64,000 nucleotides of DNA. Origin: Lingula anatina. Lineage: Eukaryota; Animalia; Brachiopoda. Location: NCBI GenBank assembly GCA_051362555.1, contig CM120643.1, positions 14,978,644 to 15,042,643 of the forward strand. The letters are read 5' to 3'. Below are positions 23,511 through 35,539 of the stretch, piece by piece (position 1 is the first letter of the stretch; the number at the start of each line of letters is the position of its first letter). Made by a program: the position numbers and the translations under genes. The notes below the pieces were generated by a model. It saw only the letters and a program-made list of their open reading frames with translations, ran no database searches and was not told the origin of the DNA.

Positions 23511-26246
23511 TTTTCTTCATATTCACTGTTTTGAGCTTCCATAAAGCAGTTATTTAGTTATACATGATTTCTATTACTAATTTGTCGTAGGAAAGGCGAT
23601 AAGCGGTGGGAAATTCTGCCAAAATTGTGCTCGACAAGTTCAAATGACGGCATTATTTTGTATTTTTGGGAACCGAAGCCGGAAGGCTACGATTTTTCTG
23701 TTTGACTATTTGATATCAGTTAATTTTCTTATTTCAAAGATAGACTAAAATGTTTCCTATTGTCTACTCATAAACTTGTCAGCTTTCCCATGTAACAAAA
23801 CTAAACTAAAACTAAATTCATAAATAGTATTGCATATGGCAGAAAAATCCGCATTACTCAATGTCATAAACTTTTAAATGTCTGCACTACATCTCTCCCT
23901 TTAAAATACATGTATACTGAAAACATTGTTAAACCTCTGCAATCGGAAAAGAATTACTTGAAACATTGGATCAGTTTTATGTCTCAAAAAAATTATAAAA
24001 AATTGTTAATCATCCATAAATTGTTTATAGTGAGACCACATCTTAATTGCTTACTACTTTATTCTAAATCGATTGTGATTAATGAATTATTGCCATCAGG
24101 CAGATCAGCCCCAACCCCAATCCCCAGTCTGTTATAGAGGGTAGGAAATACCTTTTGCATTTCGCATGATTGGTCTTATTTTTCAAGCGTGATGCATTAT
24201 TTGAGCCCAATATTCTGCGTGAACTGTGATTCAGGAATTCTTGGTGATTGGCCTGAATATATCTTGGTGATTAGAGATTAAGGAGGGAGTATTCATTTTA
24301 GGAGTAGCTTAATTAGACCATAGAAGTAGAGAAAACCAAATCAATCAATCTTATTGATGGTGGACCCATCAACATCATTAATTAAGCAACAGCATAAATA
24401 GATTTCCAGATCCTACAATCCTCTATGACACTGGCAAGCACATTTATGTTCTCCAAGCCAGTGTCCTCAAGGAAAAGGTGGACATAACATTTATGCTTTG
24501 TGTGTGCCATAAGCCATGTGCAGGTACCCAAAGCAGTAATCTACATGCTGCTTTGTCTGTGTGATGATAAAAAAGGTCAGATGCCCTCAATATGCAGTCT
24601 GTTATTTAAGAGGTGACATAGAGCTCTCATGTTTGGCACCTTGTCCACAGACATGCTGAAAACTTTTCAGAATGTCTGGACATTTGGACCGGCAGTAATG
24701 AAAAATTTGCCGAACCGAATGGATTTTTGTCAGACCGGAAATCACTCTATTCCTTTGTGACAGATACTACCAGTACGATTAGGGTAGCTTACTTTGTTTG
24801 TGAATGTGATAGTTTTGAAATGGAAGGGAAAAAACACTTTGGGTTTTATATAATTTTATTAGTGAAGTATGTCGAAAGATGACTGTAAATTCAAAATTGC
24901 GGTTCTTAAAACTCTTATCGGTCCTTTGGATGCCAGACAAATTTTCCTGGTCATGACCGATCGCACCGACAGTTTCAGCATGTCTGTGTCCATTCCACTT
25001 TGTGCAGCTTTAAGTAATCTGGTGAAGACCAAACTTATTATTTGGTTAAACATGTATGTTTTTTTTTTTTTTTGTAAAAGTGAAAACCAATATTTGGGTT
25101 AAACTTCTTTTGTAAAATCAGACCTGTAGCTTTTAAGTCCCTTATCATCAGTAATCCAGTGTCTGGTTATAGAGATTAATATTTTTCAAAGACACCTGTG
25201 GAAAAGTGATACGGTGCGCTGAGATGACGTCTGTAGTGGAAATAAACCACCTGTTTTAACATAGCCACTGGTTAGAGCAAGGGTGTGTACATTTACCACA
25301 TTAAAAACTGCTTTGTCCAAATCAGGTTTACTCTGGATTTTTGATAAATGATAATGACTTTTGATAAATGCTGAAAAGAATGTGTCTGAATATAATATCC
25401 TTTAATATTGACCTTAATTTAATCAAATTTGATAAAATGGACTCCGAGTTTGAAATAAGAGTGGCTAATTGCTTTTCAATTTTCCAGTTGCTTTGTGTAT
25501 TTTGTTTTGGTATGAATTTATAAACATACTCTGCAGGAACAGGTTGTTTGCACTCCTAGACATATTGACATTAAAGGCAAGTTGCAAAATGTAATATTTA
25601 ACAGCTGTAAACAGACCCTTGTTTTGTAAAGAATCAATTAAAATACCAATTATGCAAGAAGTTGCAGTGACCCCTCAATAATCTAGACTTCAAAGGGAAG
25701 CTGCTAGTAATTAGACTGGTGCATTAGATTTTGATGCAGACATCTCATGATCTAGATAAAATTCCCAGACTGTTGGCTGTTTGTGTATACCTCAGTGTCC
25801 AGGCTTTATGTACTGGTCGTAAAATTTAAGCCTTGTGGCTTAGGGAAGTTAAAAATCTTTAAAGCATTTAGTCAAATATATCCTTGATCTAGTTAAAATT
25901 TTTGTTTCGTTGTTTGTCCAGTTAGTTAGCTAATTTTATGGTGAAATGACTGATATCTGGTGAATTTGTGAGAATTTGAGGTTTTAAAGAGCTGGGGTGT
26001 CAGGATTAATTGATGCTTCTTCCTTTGAAACATAACCTTTACCATGGAGAAGAACTAAAGCTGCACATTTATATATATCCAGCAGTATGTTGTTATGTAT
26101 TAGATATGTTGGAAAGTGTCAGAAGCTCTTTAAGATAATAGAATTTCCGTGGTTTAAATATTAGTAGTCACAATTTACAGTTAAGAGTGTGATGCAATGA
26201 AATGAGGATACAAATGTTGTGAATGTGTATTGAAAATCAGAAAGAA

Positions 26247-26291
<45 letters not shown>

Positions 26292-26321
26292 AGGTAGAGT
26301 TAATCAGTCAGTGGTATCATC

Positions 26322-29300
26322 ATGGCAGGGCGTGGGCGTGGCGCGAGGATGAAGAAATTACATGGAGGGAGTCTGGAAAAACCCAGACCACTGAAGATAC
26401 AGCAAGATACTGCAGGTCTGATTATTTTAATTATCTTAACAATAACTTAACTTCCTCACTCATGCACATACCGGCCTACCCTATAACTATATGTAGACAA
26501 CACGTGCATTGAAGTATTATTTTATTTACTTCATTTATTCTATTTGACTTTTATTTCTTTTAATAAATAATAGTTTTTTCACAATGTACATTGTGTATTT
26601 ATGTTTTTCCATCTGACACTTGTTGAACTGTGATTCAGTTAATTTTGTGTACATCGCATATTGCACCTTAATTCATGTTTCACGGTTTATCTTTTAAGTA
26701 AGTTCAATTAAGGAAGATGAATTCTGTAAATTGACATCCTTTTGAGCTGACAATTACAACCACACTTGTTTCATAAAGAGTTTGTTTCAATTATGTCTCA
26801 AGATCTTGTGGCTGCCTATTGCTTCTTATTTTTTTTGCACCTCTAGTTTTTCTAATTTTGCACAGGTATATATATTCATATTCCCATAAATGTGTCTTAT
26901 AATGTAATTCAGGCTTACAGTTTAAGTCTTATTATAACCACCTTGCAATTCTCTATTTGGGACTTGACCTGTATCACTAGGAAAACAGCTGTAACTATTC
27001 TCAGTCTTGACACATATCCAGGCCAATTCATTGGTCCAGGACTAAAATGTAAGCCCAGAAATAGACTAAAAATCATTTGTGTAAAATTTGACTGGAGAAC
27101 TAAACTACATATTGTTATTCTTTAATAACATTATAGTGTTGTCCAGTCTGAGGGAGGCAGAACAGATTGTGTTTAAACTGTCAGACAGAAAGGCATCACT
27201 TCAAGAGGTCAGTGACCTGTGCTCCATCTTGAAGAGGCATGGGAAGGAACTGGAGACCAGGAATGAGGGTAATTATTTGGAACTTTAGTACATGCATATG
27301 TTTTATAGTTTATTCATTGTAACATATGTATCCACCTTGGTGGATGAAAATGACAATGTTAATGTAATTTAAATGAGTATGCTGTATCTAATAACATGTA
27401 TGACTACCCTAACTTACTGAAGACAATTGTTTGAGTATTAATATTTTTCAAAAGACACCTGTGGAAAAGTGATACGGTTTTAATTTCAGTCATATGGCAA
27501 CTGGCTGCGCATAGGAAAATCTTCAGAACAGAGCGCGTGCGCTGAGATGAAGTCGTGGTTGAAATTTTGCAAATTGTGTAACCATCGCGGGAATTCATGA
27601 ATTTTGCTTAATTGCCCTCATACGTGCTTGTGAAGAATTAAGACGTGATAGTAGAGTTCACTACGCGTCTTGACGCATTCAGAAATGAATGAGCTAGAAC
27701 TCGAGGAAGTCGGCCAATGGATCAATTTTTGGTCATAGCAACACTAACAAATTGAGATAACTCCTTTATTAGAAATGACACGTCTTATTAAAGTCTGTAA
27801 AATGTGGCTTTTTAAATAAGAAAAATATGCGTCAAGTTTCATCGAAATTTATTGTGGCAACTTTTTATGTGAGCTGTTGAAGTGAGCTTTTTGACTCTAT
27901 TTCGCTAGAAGTCAGCCATTTTCTGACGTCATATTCTCCAATACAGAAGCAAGTGTAGGTCTGCAGATTTTACTAAATTTGGAGAATCAATATACTTATC
28001 ACTTATTTGCACAATAGAATGTCCCTTTAAGTAAAATAAATAATATCTTTGGCGTTAAAATCATTTTACCTTTCTAGATGTCTTATTTCCAAAAAAGATG
28101 TTTTATCGTTATATATCGCACCTGCACAAGTCAAGCCGGTGGCGAATCCTCCACGAAATTTGCTGCCATAAAGCTTATCTACACAATCCTGAGTTACGAG
28201 TAGACTGAACATAACATTTAAATTCAGTTTACCATTACGGACTGCGGCTCTGCTAATATAGTTTGTTGTTTATTCATAGTAAAATAATACTTCATAATGA
28301 GAACTGATTCGAAGTTTTTTCATGTGGTGTGGAGGAGTTTAATTAGTAGGAAACAAGAACAAGAAAAAATGACTTTTAATGGAAAAGAAGCACTTAACTT
28401 GCCACGGAAATTCAAATTTCCAACTTAAGATATTATTCAAAAACGCATACATATATACTGGTAGTATGGCAAATGAAATCTTTAACGATTTATATTAGAA
28501 TCTTGGTTCTTCTATTACTCCCACACTACCCTTTATTTTGCAATAATGTACTAAGCCACCCAGCTATTTGAAATGTGGCATTTCAATCTTTGATACTTTT
28601 TCGCTTCACAGTAAGTGACCAAAAGTCATGTATAATTGTTGTCACTCTCATTGACTACAAATTGGCTCTTTAATTATAAGATACTTATTTTTCTGTCACC
28701 TGTATTCTCGGCTTCAATTTTAATTAATTGCTGCCTAGATTAGTAATCTGAGCACCTTTCCATTAAAGATGAAGCAGTCATTGAATCATATCTGAATGCA
28801 AATTTTTAAAACCTCCACCTCCCTTAGTATATAGTTGGTTCTCACTGAAATTGTACAGTCAGTCCATGTTGATGATGACCACACCTTTCATTTCAGCTAC
28901 CCTCAACCTGATATTCAACACAATACGTCAGGCTGCGAAGGACCAGTGTCTCAGCTCTCAGGCCAGAGTGTTAGTTATGGACGTGCTGGAGGCCAGGGCC
29001 AGGAAGTGGGCGGGGCCAGACCATGTCACCCAGGGACACTATAGCAAGAAGCAACAGGAGATGGCTCTCAGACAGGTGGGTGGGGTGTGGCTAGAGAGAG
29101 GGGTGTGGCATTGGGAGTGGTTAGATATCAAGAAACCTATATACAGTGTGAAAATTGTTGGAATCTCCTTGGAACCTTACAGCCTTTTCCTTTAACTGGT
29201 GATATTTGTCCTATATACTGAACTGGATACATGTTTCCAGCAAATCCTTACCTTCACTTATCACATGGGACCGTGAACTTTCATTGCAGTAAATATGACT

Positions 29301-32300
29301 ACTATTCTTGTCAGCCAGTGACAGAAGTTAGAAGGTGGCATTTAAGGGAGTGGTGTGACTGTGGGAGGAGTTAATACACAAGATTACAAAACAATGAGAT
29401 GAACAGCACCACAGATGGGGGGGGGGGGGTGTCAGTGGGAAGGGCTAGTTTAAAACCAAATCAAAAAATGGCACACAGAAATTGTTTAAACAGGTTGTGG
29501 GAGATAAGACATGATAGCAAGAATTATGGTACACTAAACTATTGATCAAAGATCACTTTCAGTGTTGGAACTTTATTTTCTGATTTTTCAATTTAGAAAA
29601 TTCCAGACCCAAGTGTGGCAGGCTCCGCCCACATCCCACCTGTCATCAGTCATGTGAGACCATCTCTCCAATCAACTGTCAATGTGGATAAGTCAGTCAT
29701 CCAACTATCCAGCTCAAGATATCCTGACCAATCAGCCAATGATCATGTGAAGTCTCCTGTCCAATTAGCATTTAACAGAGCAGGTTCCCCTGTCCAGTCG
29801 GCTGTCAGTGGGACACTATCACCTGTCCAATCAGCAGCAGTGTCTCATGGAGATTGTCAGCAAATGAAATCCAGAAATAGAAGTGGGAGCCCTGGCACGG
29901 CTTTGAGGCAGAAATACAGTAGCCCTAAGAAGTAATCACAATGGGACATTTTTAGACTCTTTTTATTTTCAGTGGAGTCATACTTATCATTTTTACAAAA
30001 TGTGATTTATAAGGTTTTGAATGTTATTATAGAAATACAGTGTGTCCCTTCCATGAAACAGAACTGGGAAATTTTGATCCTTTGAGTGAAAGTTAATTTT
30101 GAATATGCGTATTATATAGATGTCAGCTCATCTTCAGCATTTTCCTATCTTTCCAGAAAGCCAGACAAGGATGAGTATGTTTTTGACATTGGAATTCCAT
30201 ACCAGCAGTGTGGAAAAGGTTTGTAATGTTTTAATATGATATATGTTTGAGGAATAAGGCTTGCCTTTATACATGGCTGTAAGAAAAACAATATAAGGAA
30301 AAAAATCCTATTTTTCCACAATTTACAGTTTGAAGGATTTTTAAAAATGCATTTACCATTATCTTTTTCAGTAATTGGAGTTGCAGGAGCGAGAATCAAG
30401 CTGATAGAGGGTGCCACTGATACAATTATTTCTATTACAAAGTGTAAGTTATCAGATATTTGTTTTTGATTTGAACTTTTAATATAAATTTGAATGAATA
30501 TCAGCAAAGCACATTTATAGTTGAAATGGTTTATTCGTTTTCAGTAAGATTTGGTTTTCTTTTTGATGATACCTAGTATGTAGTAACATGTATATTTATT
30601 ATGTTGAAGTACTTGTAATAAATCAATTGAAAAGGGAAAGGACTTTAGACGGAAATGTTCCTCAATATTGACTGAAATTCTTGACAAACTTGGGCAAAAA
30701 TATGTCATCATATATCAATTTTGAAAATTATTCAGAAAAGTAATTTGAATGTATATGATTTAGGTCAAGATAGAATCGAAAGAGATGCCATCATCACTGC
30801 CAAGACCAAAGAAGACATTCTGTAAGATTTTAATTAAAATCTTTTTATCAAATTTAGTAAACATTGCCATGACAAATATAGTTCAATATAATTTTGGTAT
30901 GAAAAAAAAAAAAAACTACAGATTTTCTTTAATCATCAGTCTGATAGACATATAAATGATTTGTATAAAACATATATTTTCATATTTATCAAGTTATTCC
31001 TGTCACCCTTTAGATTAGGAAAATGAGTTCCAATGATATGCTCTTTTTACTGTTATATAATTTGGCCCACCAAATTTCACCTATGAGCCTGAATTCAGTT
31101 TTTACCAGGCAGTCTCATTCTCATATCTTATGGAGTGTGCACAGGTGGATTTATTATTCAGTTATGATGGTACCTAGCTGGTTAGAGTAGGTACCACATA
31201 TTGGCAGTTCTATACGATTTGCATAAATGCCTTTGTCTTTTTAGTGATGCGGTGGAGTTGATAGAGAAACTGGTGGCCATGGATTATAATGACATTGATG
31301 CATATAGGGTAAGTTGTATGTAAATCAGATCAAAAAAGGATCTGTGTTGAGGAACATCATGTGCAAAATTTTGTGAGAAAAATTATTTGTTGCCTTTAAG
31401 TGATTGAACTTTTGTTGTCTCAAAATAGATAAAACTTTGGTAAAGTATTGTTGTAGATGTAAAATTTTATGAACGGAATTTTTTGGTTTTTGTCAAAGAC
31501 ATCATATGTAAATCTGTAGAAAGAAACAAAATATTGTAAATAAATGTGTTGTATATATGTAAGTTTGCCATGGACTAGGTAAATAAAGATATTGTTGAGG
31601 TTCAGAAACTAAATGTATAATTTGAAAAAACAAGGCATCTGTTTATTTTACAAAAAAGATGAAGTTGTCAATTTAAGGCTATGGTAGAGTTTAAACAGAG
31701 TTTAAACATGTGCTGTACTTTGTATGGGCTACAGGCTCATGCAATGATGCTTACTTTCTTGATATTGTACAGAGTTCCTTGAGATAAATCTAACTTGTTC
31801 AGTATTTTATTTATTTTTTGTAGATGATTCAAGAAGCTCAGGACAAGAGGTTTGTTTCAGGAGCAAAGAAAAACCTGCTAACAGCCTTAGATGATGTCAG
31901 TTACCAGCTCACTGAAGGGAACTTGCGTTCCCGCAATGTCTCTCTCTCCTCAAGGTCACGCTCTCCAAGTTTTACTGGAAGCCTCACGCCTTCCCCAACC
32001 CCCGATCTTAACAGTAACTATATTGTGACTAAGGACATGAGGAGTCATACCCCTGAGCCTAAGAATGGAATAATCGGGCATTTGCCATGTGGTGACAGCA
32101 CTAAAGAGATACTGGCAGATGAGACAAAGGTAAAAATGGTTAATGAAGTGTTAATAAATGCTGATTGCTTCAACAGAGTAAATCAAATATTTTCAAACAT
32201 ATTGCCCTTGACCTCCAGACTCAGTGATTTACCATACCGTGTATGATTTGAGTGGAAGCATAATTACTGATTTTTGTTTTTACTTGCCAAAAGCCATGCT

Positions 32301-35300
32301 GTTGGGTAGCTAATTCATCAATTAAAAAGTATGCATTGACCTATCTTGGGTGTAAATATTATTTGAAATTAGATGTAGAGTACAAATTAAGATAAGATGT
32401 GAAAAATTCCATGGAGGAAATGTTTTATACAATGAACTGTATATAGATGCTTGTAAGTTTACATTGTAGTAGACATAGCATTGTTGAATACCTCTGTAAA
32501 CGTTTCAGATTTACAGCGTACAAGTTAACCTAGATCAAGGTCAGTTGACATTATCCGGGAAAAACCTGTCATTACTGGAGGTTGGTATATGATAATGATT
32601 TATTTATTAATTTATTGATTGATTTAGAGCCTAAATTCAATGAATGATCAGTAGAATTGTCAACATAAAGAGTTCTAATTTTACAGCTAAACCAATTGTC
32701 CTTTATCTTAAAAAAAATTGAACTATTGAAAAGTAATGTCATTTAAAAGAATGTCCAGTACTTTGTAATAATTACTTTTTTCTCTATATAAAAGTTTTTG
32801 AACTTGGCATTGGCCTAATATCCTGCATTGCACATTGTTTGTAAGGTAAACAGTTGGTGGCAACTGCTGAAGGCTGGACTATACTTATAAATATCTGTTT
32901 TCTTTTTCAGGAGGCAAAGAATGTCATAGGAAATCATTTTAGGCGGCTGCATCAGGTATGTTTGTAGTGATCGACCTCTGCCCCCAAAATTTTGAAAAAG
33001 AAATATAGGTCAATTATCAAAGTTCAAAGTTCTTTATTTTCAGTATTTTAGGCCAGCAGGCCAAGAGTACCATATCCATTCTATTTGATCACATTGTGCA
33101 TTGTGCAAAAATAACTATTATAATATACATCAACAAATTCATATATAAACATATAGTTGAATCAATACCGTGTCTCTACGTATACACTACTAAATTTATC
33201 ATAAGAGCTTTGCACATTTCTATCACTGTTCTATGTCTTTTAGGTAATTTTTTCTGTCCCTGTTACATCTATATAAATAAACTGACATTCTTTTGATGAA
33301 GTCATCATCCTGAGAAGATAAACATGCTGACATAGATAGATAATAAACTTCTGGCACATATGTTTTCCTGAGTTCATTGTACCATATACAATACTTTAAC
33401 ACATGTTCCTCACTCTCAATATACACATCACCATTAGACAGGCAGAGCTCACATAATCTCTCATCTCTTACAACATTATTATGTGGACCTTTTTCAAGAC
33501 TCAAATCATGTCTGAAATTCGGAATTTGGTCATACACCTCCTGTGTTCAACTATTGTTATTACTGACAGATATCTCTCGTACATTAATTCCGATTTGAAA
33601 GTACTGTAAACCTGAAGTTTGCTTGAATTGTGTACCATACTACTCCAGTTCTGCCTATAATTATCTAGTTATCTTTGTCTAAACAGCACAATTAAGTTCT
33701 CAAAATGTCCACACCCCTGTCTTTCCCACACCTCACCAAATCCATAGCAGTAAAGCATGTTTTTAATTTCCCAAACCCAAGTTTTTCTCCCATTTCTGTC
33801 TAATTTTAGCAGCATATTGTAGCAGGCTTTTGGCAGTCGATCACTGCTCATGTATATTAGTAACTTTATCCAGTACTTAACACACTTAACAAAGCAGTCA
33901 ATATATATTGGAAATTGACCACATTCTCCTAGGACTGCTACTGTACTTGCACTCTGAGATACCATTAAGATTTTTTTACAAAACTGGGTTTGTACTGACT
34001 CTACTAAATCAGGGACCTGGTATCCCCAGATTTCTGCCCCATATGTTATAATTGGATTAATCGTGGTGTCAAAAAATTTAAATGATACTAAATGTGGTAA
34101 ATACCCAACTTGATTACACAGTTTGTTGGAACATTGCCAATGCCTTTCGAGCCTGTTGTACCAGATTACGTTTTGCTTTAGTCCATGCCAGTTTTGGTGT
34201 AAACACAATCCCTAGATATTTGTATTCTGACACAACATCTATCTTCTTTCCATCAAAGAACCATTTCTCATATCTTCTCAAAGGTCCACCATTTCTAAAT
34301 ACGATTACTTTGGTCTTCTCCATATTCACTCTTAGTTTCCATTGCTTACAAAACTGGGACAAATGGTCAGCCAGCTTTTGTAGGTTGTGTATCTCCACAG
34401 TATCTCCACAGTTTGCAAAATCATCAGCATAAAAGAGTGAAGTAACATTTTGAAAGCTTTCATAAATGAAGATCCCTTTACACATATTTTCTTCATATAA
34501 GTAAACAAGATCTGTTATATACCTACAAAAAAAAGGGCTTACCATGCAGCCCTGTCTAGCCCCAACACCAGTCAAATGTTTCTGTACAGCTATTGGTATT
34601 TGGTATTTTTATGCATGATTTTATTTGAGCATACATGGATTCCATTACCTTTATCATTTTCCCATGAATTCCCTTTGAACATATTTTGTGCCACAGATAC
34701 TGATGATTAATACAGTCAAACGCCTTATGAAAATCTACGTACATGCAATAAAATCTCCCCTTTCCTTTTGATAAATATTTTTGAATCATGGCCTACAAAG
34801 AAAAAATATGATCTTGTGTGGAATACCCCTTTCTAAATCCTGCTTGACATTCACTAATAACCTCATCTCTATCTGCCCACTTGGCCAGTCTATTGCTCAG
34901 TACCTTTGTAATACTTTCCCAAACACACTTAGTAAGGAAATAACACGATAATTGTTGGGGTCTCTTGTACTACCTTTCTTGTGTAAAGGACATATAACTG
35001 CCACCGACCAAGTTTCAGGAAACAACCCTGTATCATATATGGTACTAAATAGGCTACATATACAAGCCACACATTTAAGGCTAGCATGCTTTAAAAATTC
35101 AATCAGCATTGCATCCATACCAGCTGCCTTTCCATTTTTTAATTGTGTAATGGCTTTCGTGATTTCATCCATAGTAATTACTAGTACATCATTTAACAAT
35201 AAAGGATCATTTTCCACACATTTTTTACAACTCTTATCAAGAGCTTTCTATTCAGCTTCTATGGACTCATGAAATTCATTGTCCACTGTTGGATTCCCAC

Positions 35301-35503
35301 TATTCAACAATTCACTGAAGTAATCATACCACACGCCAGGTGCAATGTGCGATTTGTTTTCTGTTGATGATTGATCTTGTTAAACTTTTGACATTTCCGG
35401 TCAATTATCAGATACCTTATGATTTATAGCAATTTTAATTTTAATCTTTTTCCCAAAAAGAATATACAAGTGTCACTATTTGCTTGTATTAGGTCCATTT
35501 GTT

Positions 35504-35539
<36 letters not shown>

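Noticed and set aside
28835-28896. 5' extension of the Mextli exon suggested by the ORF track
   Set aside because: Phase and homology fit the TTTCAG acceptor at 28896, so the upstream part is intron.
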